Source of the DNA: Symbiobacterium terraclitae
GTDB taxonomy: Bacteria > Bacillota > Sulfobacillia > Symbiobacteriales > Symbiobacteriaceae
Direction: 5' to 3'
Assembly: GCF_017874315.1 (NCBI RefSeq)
Contig: NZ_JAGGLG010000001.1
Span: forward strand, 209,030-233,029
DNA length: 24,000 bases
A program made the position numbers and the translations under genes. This document shows, in pieces, positions 1 to 7,910 of the stretch. Under the pieces are notes generated by a model, which was not told the origin of the DNA, ran no database searches, and saw only the letters and a program-made list of their open reading frames with translations. The number at the start of each line of letters is the position of its first letter. Position 1 is the first letter of the stretch.

Positions 1-477
1 TTGAGCCACACCCTGGTGCGGCCGGCCGTGATGGCCCTGCTGGGCCTCCTGCTCCTGGTTCTGCTGGGCGACGAGCCCCGCTGGTCGTCGGCCCTGGCCG
101 CCGCGGCCGCAGCAGTCGGGCTGTGGGAGAGCTACAGCGGCGTCTACCAGCTGCTCTACCGCCCCGTTGCCCGCACGGGTCCGGTGGCCCAGGTGCGCAC
201 AACGGGGCGGTGGCTCTTCAACACCCTGGGCAACTTGGTGCTCCTCAACCTCTCGGCCCAGCTGGTCTTTCCCCGCACGTTCGAGTGGCGCGGCCTGCCC
301 GCCACCGCCCTGGACGTGGCCTACTTCACCCTGCTCACCTTCGCCTCGGGCGGGTACGGCGACGTGATCCCGGGCACCCCGCTGGGCAAGGTGCTCGCCA
401 TGGTCACCAGCCTCAGCGGGCTGCTCTTCGCCACGATCCTCTTCGCGGCCCTTTTCCACCGGCTGCGGGCAGAATGA
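1..477 (+). CDS. Two-TM potassium channel family protein, possibly 5'-truncated by the window edge
   Basis: The frame-1 ORF runs from nt 1 to TGA at 475-477. Hydrophobic segments flank the K+ selectivity-filter signature TFASGGYGDV. The TTG at nt 1 may just be the window boundary. Confidence 0.75.
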   Translation: MSHTLVRPAVMALLGLLLLVLLGDEPRWSSALAAAAAAVGLWESYSGVYQLLYRPVARTGPVAQVRTTGRWLFNTLGNLVLLNLSAQLVFPRTFEWRGLPATALDVAYFTLLTFASGGYGDVIPGTPLGKVLAMVTSLSGLLFATILFAALFHRLRAE

Positions 478-480
478 AGC

Positions 481-509
481 GCACCGGCCGGGCAGGTCCC
501 GACCGGTGC
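481..509. terminator. GC-rich stem-loop between convergent genes (K+ channel and AKR)
   Basis: GCACCGG-c-CGGG / CAGGT loop / CCCG-a-CCGGTGC gives 11 bp with one 1x1 mismatch. There is no clear U-tract on either strand. Confidence 0.45.
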
Positions 510-538
510 ACAGCAAGCGCCGCAGAGGGAAGGGCCGG

Positions 539-1489
539 CTACCGGGTGAACGGCTCCGAGAGTGCGGTCACCCTGTCCAGCGCCTCCCGGGGGACCTGCA
601 CCGTGCAGGCGGAGACGTTCTGCGCCACCTGCTCCGGCCGGCTGGCGCCGACGATGGCCGCCGTGATGCCGGGGCGGGCCATGACCCAGGCGAGGGTCAG
701 CTGGGGCAGGGTGACGCTCGCCTCCGCCGCCACCGCCTCGATGGCCTCGGCCAAGTCGAAGTTGGCGTCCGTCAGCCAGCGCTGGGCGAACCGCGGACCC
801 TGCGTCGCCGCCCGGGAACCCTCCGGCGGCGCCTGGCCCCGCCGGTACTTGCCGGTGAACAGGCCGCCGGCCAGCGGGAAGTAGACGATCTGCCCGACCC
901 CCTCGGCCTCGCAGGCGGGGATCACCTCCTGCTCGATCCTCCGGTTGGCGGGGGAATACTCGGGCTGGTTGGAGATGAACCGGGCCCAGCCGTACCGGTC
1001 GGCGACGGCGTTGGCCTTGACGACCTGCCAGCCGGCGAAGTTGGAGCAGCCGATGTAGCGCACCTTGCCGGCCCGCACCAGGTCGTCCAGGGCCCGCATC
1101 GTCTCCTCGATGGGGGTGGTCGGGTCCCAGTTGTGCATCTGGTAAAGGTCGATGTAGTCGGTCTGCAGGCGCCGCAGCGAGGCGTCCACCGCGTCCATGA
1201 TGTGCTTGCGGGAGGTGCCCCGGTCGTTGGGGCCGTCGCCGGTGGGGAACCAGCACTTGGTGGCGATCAGGGCCTGGGAGCGGCGGCCCTTGAGGGCCAG
1301 TCCGATGATCCGCTCTGACTCGCCGCTGCCATACATGTCCGCGGTATCGATAAGGTTGATGCCGGCGTCCAGCGCGGCGTGGACGATGGCGATCCCCGTC
1401 TTCTCGTCGCTGCGGGTGCCGAATGCGTTTGTGCCCAGCGCCATCTGCGAGACCTTGAGACCGCTGCGGCCAAGGTTGCGGTATTCCAT
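539..1489 (-). CDS. Aldo/keto reductase family oxidoreductase
   Basis: The 316-aa ORF has the N-terminus MEYRNLGRSGLKVSQMALGTNAFG, then DTADMYGSGESE and a later GCSNF, all typical of AKRs. The ATG at 1489 is preceded by AGGAGGGAG. It lies 32 nt downstream of mtaD on the same strand. Confidence 0.9.
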   Translation of the reverse strand: MEYRNLGRSGLKVSQMALGTNAFGTRSDEKTGIAIVHAALDAGINLIDTADMYGSGESERIIGLALKGRRSQALIATKCWFPTGDGPNDRGTSRKHIMDAVDASLRRLQTDYIDLYQMHNWDPTTPIEETMRALDDLVRAGKVRYIGCSNFAGWQVVKANAVADRYGWARFISNQPEYSPANRRIEQEVIPACEAEGVGQIVYFPLAGGLFTGKYRRGQAPPEGSRAATQGPRFAQRWLTDANFDLAEAIEAVAAEASVTLPQLTLAWVMARPGITAAIVGASRPEQVAQNVSACTVQVPREALDRVTALSEPFTR

Positions 1490-1521
1490 GGTGCGACTCC
1501 CTCCTGTTCAGCCCGTCGCGC

Positions 1522-2832
1522 TTACGCCTGCACCACCCGGGCCGCCGCCTCGCGCACCCGGGCCAGGATCTCCTTTCCGTCAGCCTGGGTCAGCTGGCCG
1601 TTTTCGTAGACGATGCGACCGTCGACCATGGTCATCGCCACATCGCTGGGCAGCGCCGAGTAGGCGACCAGGGCAAAGATGTCGTGGTTCGGCGTCAGGT
1701 GCGGCCGCTCGGTGTCGATCAGGATGATGTCGGCCCGCTTACCCGGCTCCAGCGACCCGATCTCCGCCTCCATCCCCAGCACCCGGGCCGCCTCGATGGT
1801 GGCCATGGAAAGCGCGTCGTAGGAGGTGAACAGCGCAGGATCCCCCTCCAGCTCCTTGGCCTGGATGGCGCCGATCCGCATCTCGGAGCCCAGGATGTGG
1901 AGCATGTTCTCGGAGGAGGCGCCGTCGGTGCCGAACCCCACGGCCACCCCCCGGCGGCGCATCTTGCTCACTGGCGTGCGGCCGGATGCCAGCTTCAGGT
2001 TGGAGACCGGGCAGTGGCAGACGCCGGTGCCCGTCTCGGCCAGGATGGCGATGTCGTCGTCGTCGGCATGGACGCAGTGGGCGGCCACGACGCGGCGGCC
2101 CTTCATCAGGCCGAGGTCGTACACGTGACGGATGGGGGTCTTGCCCCACTGCCTGCGGGCCTCCTCCACCTCGCCGGCGGTCTCGGAGAGGTGGATGTGG
2201 ATGCCGATGCCCAGCTCGTCCGCCAGCTCGGCGCAGGCCAGCAGCGTGTCGGGCGGGCAGGTGTACGGGGCATGCGGGCCGACCATGAACGTGATCCGGC
2301 CGCCGGCCTTCCCGTTCCACCGGTGGAACGCCTCCCGGCTCTCCTCCAGGCGGGACAGCGCCTCGGACGGCCCGCCGACGGCGATGATGCCCCGGGCCAC
2401 AATGCCCCGGATCCCCGTGTCCTGGATGGCCCTGGCCACCGGGTCGGCGGGGAAGTACATGTCGAGGAAGGTGGTGATGCCGCCGGAGAGCATCTCGTAG
2501 GCCGCGAGCGCCGTACCCCAGTAGACGTCTTCAGCGGTCATCTTCGCCTCGGCCGGCCAGACCCTCGTCTCCAGCCACTCCATCAGCCGCAGGTCATCGC
2601 CGTAGCCCCGGATCAGGGTCGTTCCGGCGTGGCAGTGGGTGTTGACGATGCCGGGCATGACGATCTTGCCCGCGGCGTCGATGCGGCGGGCCTCCGGCGC
2701 CGCGGGTGCCCCCTCCCGGGGCCCGGCGTAGGCGATACGGCCGTCCTCCACCAGCACGACGCCATCGGCAAACACATCCGCACGTCCGGTCATGGTGAGC
2801 ACCGTGCCGCCCTCAATCAGAATCCGGTCCAT
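1522..2832 (-). CDS. mtaD: 5-methylthioadenosine / S-adenosylhomocysteine deaminase (amidohydrolase superfamily)
   Basis: The product starts MDRILIEGGTVLTM and carries the HxH metal motif (VNTHCHAG), HLSET, AHCVH and FGTDGASS. This pattern matches the MtaD/TrzA-like deaminase family. I trimmed the track ORF (to 3000) to the ATG at 2832, which follows a GGGGGAG SD. Confidence 0.85.
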   Translation of the reverse strand: MDRILIEGGTVLTMTGRADVFADGVVLVEDGRIAYAGPREGAPAAPEARRIDAAGKIVMPGIVNTHCHAGTTLIRGYGDDLRLMEWLETRVWPAEAKMTAEDVYWGTALAAYEMLSGGITTFLDMYFPADPVARAIQDTGIRGIVARGIIAVGGPSEALSRLEESREAFHRWNGKAGGRITFMVGPHAPYTCPPDTLLACAELADELGIGIHIHLSETAGEVEEARRQWGKTPIRHVYDLGLMKGRRVVAAHCVHADDDDIAILAETGTGVCHCPVSNLKLASGRTPVSKMRRRGVAVGFGTDGASSENMLHILGSEMRIGAIQAKELEGDPALFTSYDALSMATIEAARVLGMEAEIGSLEPGKRADIILIDTERPHLTPNHDIFALVAYSALPSDVAMTMVDGRIVYENGQLTQADGKEILARVREAAARVVQA

Positions 2833-2895
2833 GCCAGTCTCCCCCTTCATGCGCACCATCTTTGGCCAAGGCCGTTGGCAAGCAACTACAGGGTG

Positions 2896-2924
2896 ATTGT
2901 ACCGGATACCATACCCTGGGACAA
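2896..2924 (-). promoter_or_regulatory. Sigma-A-like promoter for the mtaD-AKR operon
   Basis: The minus strand reads TTGTCC (2924-2919), a 17-nt spacer, then TACAAT (2901-2896). This sits about 60 nt upstream of the mtaD start. Confidence 0.5.
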
Positions 2925-3062
2925 GGTGTGGGTGTGGGTGCAGCCGGCCACCGGGGCGGTCCGGATGCAGGAACGGCCGCACCGCAGTGCGAAGTAACAT
3001 TGTTCACAGGCTTGACCGGCCGAGACCCGAATTCGCGAGGTGAACGGGAGCGTGAACTGCAC

Positions 3063-4166
3063 TTGAACTCTGCCGAAGCAGCGAGTCCCCACAGCGCAAG
3101 CAGCATCATCATCATCCCGGCCCTGGAGCCCGCACAGGCGTTGGTGAAGTACGTCCACGACCTGCGGGCGCGCGGGTTCAGCCAGATCGTCGTGGTGGAC
3201 GACGGCAGCAGCCCCGCCTGTGCCGGGATCTTCGCCGCCCTGGCTGAGCTGCGGGACTGCGTTGTGCTGCGCCACGAGGTGAACCGGGGCAAGGGGGCGG
3301 CCCTGAAGACGGCGCTCCGCCACTGCCTGCAGCAGGGTTGGCAGCAGGTCTACCGGCGCGTGATCATGGTCGACGCGGACGGCCAGCACGCGGTGGAGGA
3401 CGTCTGCAGCATGGCCCGGGCCTCCCACGAGCACCCGGACGCCTACGTGCTGGGCATCCGCGACTTCAACCAGGAGATCGTGCCGGCGCGCAGCCGCTTC
3501 GGCAACCGGCTGACCAGCGGGGCCTTCCACCTGTTCTACGGGCGCTACCTGCGCGACACCCAGACGGGTCTCAGGGCCCTGCCGGCCAGCCTCTGGCGGT
3601 GGGCCACCGAGGTGGCGGGGGACCGCTTCGAGTACGAGACCAACTGCCTGGTGCAGGCGATGAAGCGCGGCATCCCGATGGCGGAGATGCCCATCCAGAC
3701 CCTCTACTTCGACAGGAACGCCGGCACCCACTACCGCACGCTGCGGGACTCCTGGCCCATCTTCAAGGTGCTGATCAGCCACCTGGGGGCGTACGCCCTG
3801 GCGGGCGCAATCTCATCCGTCCTGGCGCTGGCCGCCTTCGCCTGGGTCGACCTCGCCTGGCTGAAGGGCGTCGGCGACGCGGCGCGGATCCTGGCGGCGT
3901 GCGTCGTGAGCGCCTGGACAGGTTCGCTGGCGCGGCTTCTGCTCCACTGGCTTTTCCGCGTGCGCACGGAGCGGAACATGACCGACGCCACCGTCAAGTT
4001 CTACCTGCTCGCGGCCGGACAGATGCTGGCCTCCTACCTGGTGGTGCTCGCCGTGCACAGCGTCACGGGGTGGACGGCGGTCTGGATCAAGCTCGTCGCC
4101 GACGTGGCCCTGGCCATCGTGGGCTACCAGATCCACCCCCGCTGGCTGTTCAGGACCCACCGCTGA
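3063..4166 (+). CDS. Glycosyltransferase family 2 (polyprenyl-phosphate sugar transferase-like) fused to a C-terminal GtrA-like membrane domain
   Basis: GT2 motifs are present: IIIIPALEP, VVVDDGSS, NRGKGAALK, MVDADGQH and DTQTGLRA. The C-terminal ~130 aa has 4 hydrophobic helices and ends YQIHPRWLF, which is GtrA-like. The start is uncertain. I chose the in-frame TTG at 3063 (GGGAG lies 12 nt upstream). The track ATG at 2862 would overlap the divergent mtaD promoter. Confidence 0.8.
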   Translation: MNSAEAASPHSASSIIIIPALEPAQALVKYVHDLRARGFSQIVVVDDGSSPACAGIFAALAELRDCVVLRHEVNRGKGAALKTALRHCLQQGWQQVYRRVIMVDADGQHAVEDVCSMARASHEHPDAYVLGIRDFNQEIVPARSRFGNRLTSGAFHLFYGRYLRDTQTGLRALPASLWRWATEVAGDRFEYETNCLVQAMKRGIPMAEMPIQTLYFDRNAGTHYRTLRDSWPIFKVLISHLGAYALAGAISSVLALAAFAWVDLAWLKGVGDAARILAACVVSAWTGSLARLLLHWLFRVRTERNMTDATVKFYLLAAGQMLASYLVVLAVHSVTGWTAVWIKLVADVALAIVGYQIHPRWLFRTHR

Positions 4167-4182
4167 ATCGAGGGAGCGAACG

Positions 4183-4851
4183 ATGCCCTACGGAATGCTG
4201 GTACGGTTCTGCCAGGCGGTCCTGCGCCGCTTCACGCCCCGCTACCGCGTCGTTCATCCGGAGCGGCTGGTGGCGCCAGGGGTCTACCTCTGCCGGCACG
4301 CCGATATCTACGGGATCGTGCTGAACCTCCTCTGGCTGCCCGTTCCGGTCCGCACGTGGGGGCTCCACGTCTTCGGCGACCGCCGGGCGTGCTGCGAGCA
4401 CCTCCGGGAGATCACGTTCGGCGCCCGGTACGGCTGGCCCCGCTGGAAGGCGACCGTCCTGGCCTGGCTGGCCTCCTACGGCCTGACGGCGCTCTACCGC
4501 TCCGCCCGGGTGATCCCCGTCTACCGCGGCTCGGCCCAGGTGCTGAAGACCTTCCGGGAGAGCACCGCGGCCCTGAAACAGGGGGAGCGGCTGCTGATCT
4601 TCCCCGACCGGGACTACGCCAGTACGGACGCCGAGGTCTCCGAGCTGTACGACGGGTTCCTCAGCATCGACCGGTTCTACCACAAGGCCACCGGCCGGCA
4701 CATTCCCTTCGTGCCGCTCTACATCGACCGGGCGGCGCGCACGATCACCGTCTGCGAGCCGGTGACGTTCGCCGACGACCGGGACCGGAAAGCCCAGACG
4801 GCCGAGCTGATCGGGCTGCTCCAGCAGCGGCTCGGCGGACACGGCTGCTGA
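4183..4851 (+). CDS. Putative acyltransferase (distant PlsC/lysophospholipid acyltransferase-like)
   Basis: The 222-aa ORF starts 16 nt after the GT2 stop, behind a GAGGGAG SD. CRHADIYG and LLIFPDRDY loosely resemble LPLAT motifs I and III. The function is tentative, but the CDS itself has good GC3 bias. Confidence 0.65.
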   Translation: MPYGMLVRFCQAVLRRFTPRYRVVHPERLVAPGVYLCRHADIYGIVLNLLWLPVPVRTWGLHVFGDRRACCEHLREITFGARYGWPRWKATVLAWLASYGLTALYRSARVIPVYRGSAQVLKTFRESTAALKQGERLLIFPDRDYASTDAEVSELYDGFLSIDRFYHKATGRHIPFVPLYIDRAARTITVCEPVTFADDRDRKAQTAELIGLLQQRLGGHGC

Positions 4852-4870
4852 AAACAGCGCACAACATCAC

Positions 4871-4900
4871 GCAAGCCACTGCCGGCGTGCAGTGGCTTGC
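4871..4900. terminator. Bidirectional stem-loop between the convergent acyltransferase and GNAT genes
   Basis: GCAAGCCACTGC / CGGCGT loop / GCAGTGGCTTGC forms a perfect 12-bp stem, followed by CTTAT on the plus strand. Confidence 0.55.
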
Positions 4901-4912
4901 CTTATGCCCGCG

Positions 4913-5458
4913 CTATCCCGACCACGACTGCCGGATGTTCCGCACCAGCTGGCGGAGGTCAGGCCAGCCGTAGGCGACCTCCGTGAGCGGAGTCCCGCCG
5001 ATGGTGATCTCCTTGGTCCTGACCGGAACGGCCCCCATGCGCTCGTAGAAGCGGCGATACGGGTTGTCCGCCAGCACCCAGACCAGCGCAGCCTCGTGGC
5101 CCTCCTCCACCAGCCTGGCGGCGATCTGGCCCAGCAGCCCGCGCCCGGTTCCCTTGCGCTGGTACTCCGGCAGGATGTAGATCGCGTAAAGCTCGCCCGT
5201 GTACTGGGGGTCGCCCTCCCGCTCCCGGCCGCCGTCGGCGAAACCCACGATGCGGCCGAGATCCGCCGCGACCCAGATGTGGTGGCGGGACTGCTCCGCC
5301 GTCCGGAGTATCTCGTTCCACCGCTCCTGCCGCTTCTCGTAAGAGAGGCCGTCCAGCACGTCGTCAGGGACGATGCCCCGGTAGGTGCTCCTCCAGGCGT
5401 CCACGTGCACCCGGGCGATCCCCTCGGCGTCGAGTTCGCATGCCTGACGGATCAGCAC
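4913..5458 (-). CDS. GNAT family N-acetyltransferase
   Basis: The 181-aa ORF has the acetyl-CoA binding pattern YILPEYQRKGTGRGLL. The GTG start at 5458 follows GGGAAGGGTG. Confidence 0.9.
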   Translation of the reverse strand: MLIRQACELDAEGIARVHVDAWRSTYRGIVPDDVLDGLSYEKRQERWNEILRTAEQSRHHIWVAADLGRIVGFADGGREREGDPQYTGELYAIYILPEYQRKGTGRGLLGQIAARLVEEGHEAALVWVLADNPYRRFYERMGAVPVRTKEITIGGTPLTEVAYGWPDLRQLVRNIRQSWSG

Positions 5459-5658
5459 GGCTCTGTCACCCTTCCCTCTCTGCGTTCTGTCCGCAGGGCG
5501 CGCTCAGCGCCTCCCCGGGCAAAGCCGGCCCGGTCGCCCGACCCTGGCGCATCCACCGAGGATCCGGTGTCCAGGTGCGCGCAGGTCCGCCGTCCGGCAA
5601 CCTCCACCCCGATTCCTGCCAGTCCCAACTGGCGAGTGCCAGGGCCGGACGCGGCACG

Positions 5659-5697
5659 AAAACCGCCCCGCCCCGGCACGAAGGCCGAGGGGGGCGG
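5659..5697 (-). terminator. Intrinsic terminator of the phosphorylase-ahcY-TIM barrel operon
   Basis: The minus strand reads CCGCCCCCCTCGGC / CTTCGT / GCCGGGGCGGGGCGG, about 14 bp with one bulge, followed by TTTTCG. It begins 6 nt after the TIM-barrel stop codon. Confidence 0.7.
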
Positions 5698-5702
5698 ACC
5701 AG

Positions 5703-6629
5703 CTAGGGCTCAGCCACCAGCTCCTGCGCCCAGGCGTGGCAGGCCTCCAGCTCCTCCGGCGGCACGGCCCGGGGGTCGTGCTCCAGCACCACGATGGCAC
5801 GGGGGTGAGCCTCCACCACCATCCGGGCGATGTCGGCCGCCGGGGTCACGGAGGGCCAGCGGTCGGCCGTGTGGCTCGCGTTCGTCGGCAGGTGGCTGCG
5901 GAACCGGCCGTGTTCGTCCCAGCGCGAGGTGTTCAGGTGCAGGTGCCGCGCCCAGGGCAGCCAGCGCCGGGCCAGGGCAACCGGGTCCTGCCCGTGGGTC
6001 CGGGCCAGGAGCCCCAGGCGCCCGGTGTCGATGCAGATCGAGAGGCTCGGGTACTCCTGGAACAGACGGCTGTAGAGCTCGCCGTCGAAGAAGTAGGGGT
6101 TGGGGCCGTCGATCTCCAGCACCACCCCGATGCGCTCCCGCTCCTGGATCTCGGCGAAGCGCTCGAAGCAGCGCCGGCTCCAGTCGTAGAGGACGGCCTC
6201 ATCGGGCCAGGCGTCCAGCGGCAGCGGGTCGGCGTCCTTGAAGGTCCAGCCGAGGGCGGCGTAGTCCACCCCCGGCATCTGCAGCGCCGGCCACGGGAAG
6301 TGGAACAGGATGTAGCGGGCGCCCAGCCGGTGGGCGGCCTGTGCGGCGCTGTATGCCACGTCCAGCGCCTCTGCCCGCACGGTAACGTCCGGGTCGAGGA
6401 ACCGGCACCATGCCGGGCCCCCCTCCCGGTACGTGGGATGGTGGGTGCCGATCACCCACTCGTAGTACTCCGCCTCGGCGATGGCGCCCAGCAGGTCGGG
6501 CATGGTGTCGCAGAGGCCGATCTCCGCCCCCTGCCACTGGGGGCGCTCCAGCGACTCGCCGTAGGTGTTGACGCCGGAGCCCGCGATGCGGCCGAAGGCG
6601 CCTTGCAGCGGCACGAAGAGCTGTGCCAT
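5703..6629 (-). CDS. Xylose isomerase-like / AP endonuclease 2-type TIM-barrel protein (sugar phosphate isomerase/epimerase family), specific function unknown
   Basis: The 308-aa ORF has by-eye metal-ligand-like motifs VLEID, IDTGR, HLHLN and VLEHD. Its ATG at 6629 lies 3 nt after the ahcY stop (TAAGCCATG). Confidence 0.8.
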   Translation of the reverse strand: MAQLFVPLQGAFGRIAGSGVNTYGESLERPQWQGAEIGLCDTMPDLLGAIAEAEYYEWVIGTHHPTYREGGPAWCRFLDPDVTVRAEALDVAYSAAQAAHRLGARYILFHFPWPALQMPGVDYAALGWTFKDADPLPLDAWPDEAVLYDWSRRCFERFAEIQERERIGVVLEIDGPNPYFFDGELYSRLFQEYPSLSICIDTGRLGLLARTHGQDPVALARRWLPWARHLHLNTSRWDEHGRFRSHLPTNASHTADRWPSVTPAADIARMVVEAHPRAIVVLEHDPRAVPPEELEACHAWAQELVAEP

Positions 6630-6632
6630 GGC

Positions 6633-7898
6633 TTACACCTGCCAGGACTTGATGTACTGCTCCTGCTCGGGCGTCAGCCGGTCGATCTCCACGCCCAGGG
6701 CCCGGAGCCGGGTCTCCGCGACCCGCGCGTCGATCTCGGCCGGCACCTGGACCACCCGCTTCTCCAGCTTGCCCCGGTTCTCCAGGAGCCAGAGGTGGGT
6801 CAGGATCTGCACGGCGAAGGAGAGGTCCATCACCTCAGCTGGATGGCCGTCGCCCGCGGCCAGGTTGGCGAGCCGCCCTTCGCCGATGAGGTAGAGCCTG
6901 CGGCCGTCCGCCCCGGTGTAGGCGTCCACGTTGGGCCGTACCCGCACCGGCTTCCCGCCCCAGGCCTCGAGGTCGGGCTTGTAGATCTCCACGTCGAAGT
7001 GGCCCGCGTTGGCGAGGATCGCCCCGTCGCGCATCACCGCGAAGTGCTCCCGGCGGATCACCTTCTCACAGCCGGTCACCGTGACGAAGATGTCGCCGAG
7101 GGCCGCCGCCCGGATCATCGGCATCACGTCGAAGCCGTCCATCAGCGCCTCGTTGGCCAGCACGGGATCAACCTCGCAGACGATCACCCGCGCGCCGAGC
7201 CCGCGGGCCCGCATCGCCACGCCCTTGCCGCACCAGCCGTAGCCGGCCACCACGACCCGCTTGCCGGCGATGGAGAGGTTGGTGTTGCGCATGATCGACT
7301 CCATCGTCGACTGGCCTGTGCCGTAGCGGTTGTCGAACAGGTGCTTCATCCGGGCGTGGTTGACCGCGACCATCGGGAAGCGCAGCACGCCCTCGGCCTC
7401 CATCGCCCGGAGCCGCTGCACGCCGGTGGAGGTCTCCTCCGAACCGCCGATGAGGCCCTCGCCCAGCTCCTTGTGGCTGGTGTGGAGCAGGTAGGTCAGG
7501 TCGCCGCCATCGTCCAGCAGGAGCGTGGGGCGGGCGGCCTGCAGCGTGCGGACGAGGTGCTCCGTGTACTCCTCCGCCGTCGCCCCGTGCCAGGCGTGCA
7601 CGGTGACGCCCCGCTCGGCCGCGGCGGCGGCCACGTCATCCTGGGTGGAGAGCGGGTTGGAGCCGGTGAGGAAGACCTCCGCGCCGGCCGCGGCGAAGAC
7701 CAGCGCCATGTAGGCGGTCTTCGCCTCCAGGTGGATCGACATCGCCACCCGCTGACCGGCAAAGGGCCGGGTCGCGCCCAGCTCCTTCTCCAGCTGGTTC
7801 AGGATGGGCATGTGGGCCCGGACCCAGTCGATCTTCTGGTGGCCGCTCGGCGCGAGGCCGGGATCCCGCAGGGTCGAGGCCGATACCTTACTCTGCAC
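6633..7898 (-). CDS. ahcY: Adenosylhomocysteinase (S-adenosyl- or S-inosyl-L-homocysteine hydrolase)
   Basis: Strong family signatures are present: HLEAKTA, DDGGDL, EETTTGV-like EETSTGV, the NAD-binding GYGWCGKG and GHFDVEI. AGGAGG at 7912-7907 favours the GTG at 7898 (8-nt spacing). The track start, GTG at 7907, is the alternative. Confidence 0.93.
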   Translation of the reverse strand: MQSKVSASTLRDPGLAPSGHQKIDWVRAHMPILNQLEKELGATRPFAGQRVAMSIHLEAKTAYMALVFAAAGAEVFLTGSNPLSTQDDVAAAAAERGVTVHAWHGATAEEYTEHLVRTLQAARPTLLLDDGGDLTYLLHTSHKELGEGLIGGSEETSTGVQRLRAMEAEGVLRFPMVAVNHARMKHLFDNRYGTGQSTMESIMRNTNLSIAGKRVVVAGYGWCGKGVAMRARGLGARVIVCEVDPVLANEALMDGFDVMPMIRAAALGDIFVTVTGCEKVIRREHFAVMRDGAILANAGHFDVEIYKPDLEAWGGKPVRVRPNVDAYTGADGRRLYLIGEGRLANLAAGDGHPAEVMDLSFAVQILTHLWLLENRGKLEKRVVQVPAEIDARVAETRLRALGVEIDRLTPEQEQYIKSWQV

Positions 7899-7910
7899 GC
7901 CCGTCACCTC

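Noticed and set aside
2925-2940. Micro-repeat GGTGTGGGTGTGGGTG just upstream of the mtaD -35 box.
   Set aside because: It has only about 2.5 copies of a 6-mer, no second occurrence in the window and no obvious function. It is likely incidental.
2862-3062. ATG at 2862 as the start of the GT2-GtrA gene.
   Set aside because: It would add about 67 non-GT2 residues and overlap the divergent mtaD promoter and leader. GT2 homology starts near IIIIPALEP. The true start remains uncertain, with TTG at 3063 preferred.
5459-5658. A 200-nt GC-rich region upstream of the GNAT gene, inspected for a riboswitch. Short fragments vaguely recall ykkC/guanidine or ZTP motifs, for example GCCCGGGGAG and GGGTCGGGCGACCGG.
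   Set aside because: The conserved cores of those classes are not present in order, and the resemblance is limited to short GC-rich strings. An Rfam scan would settle it.
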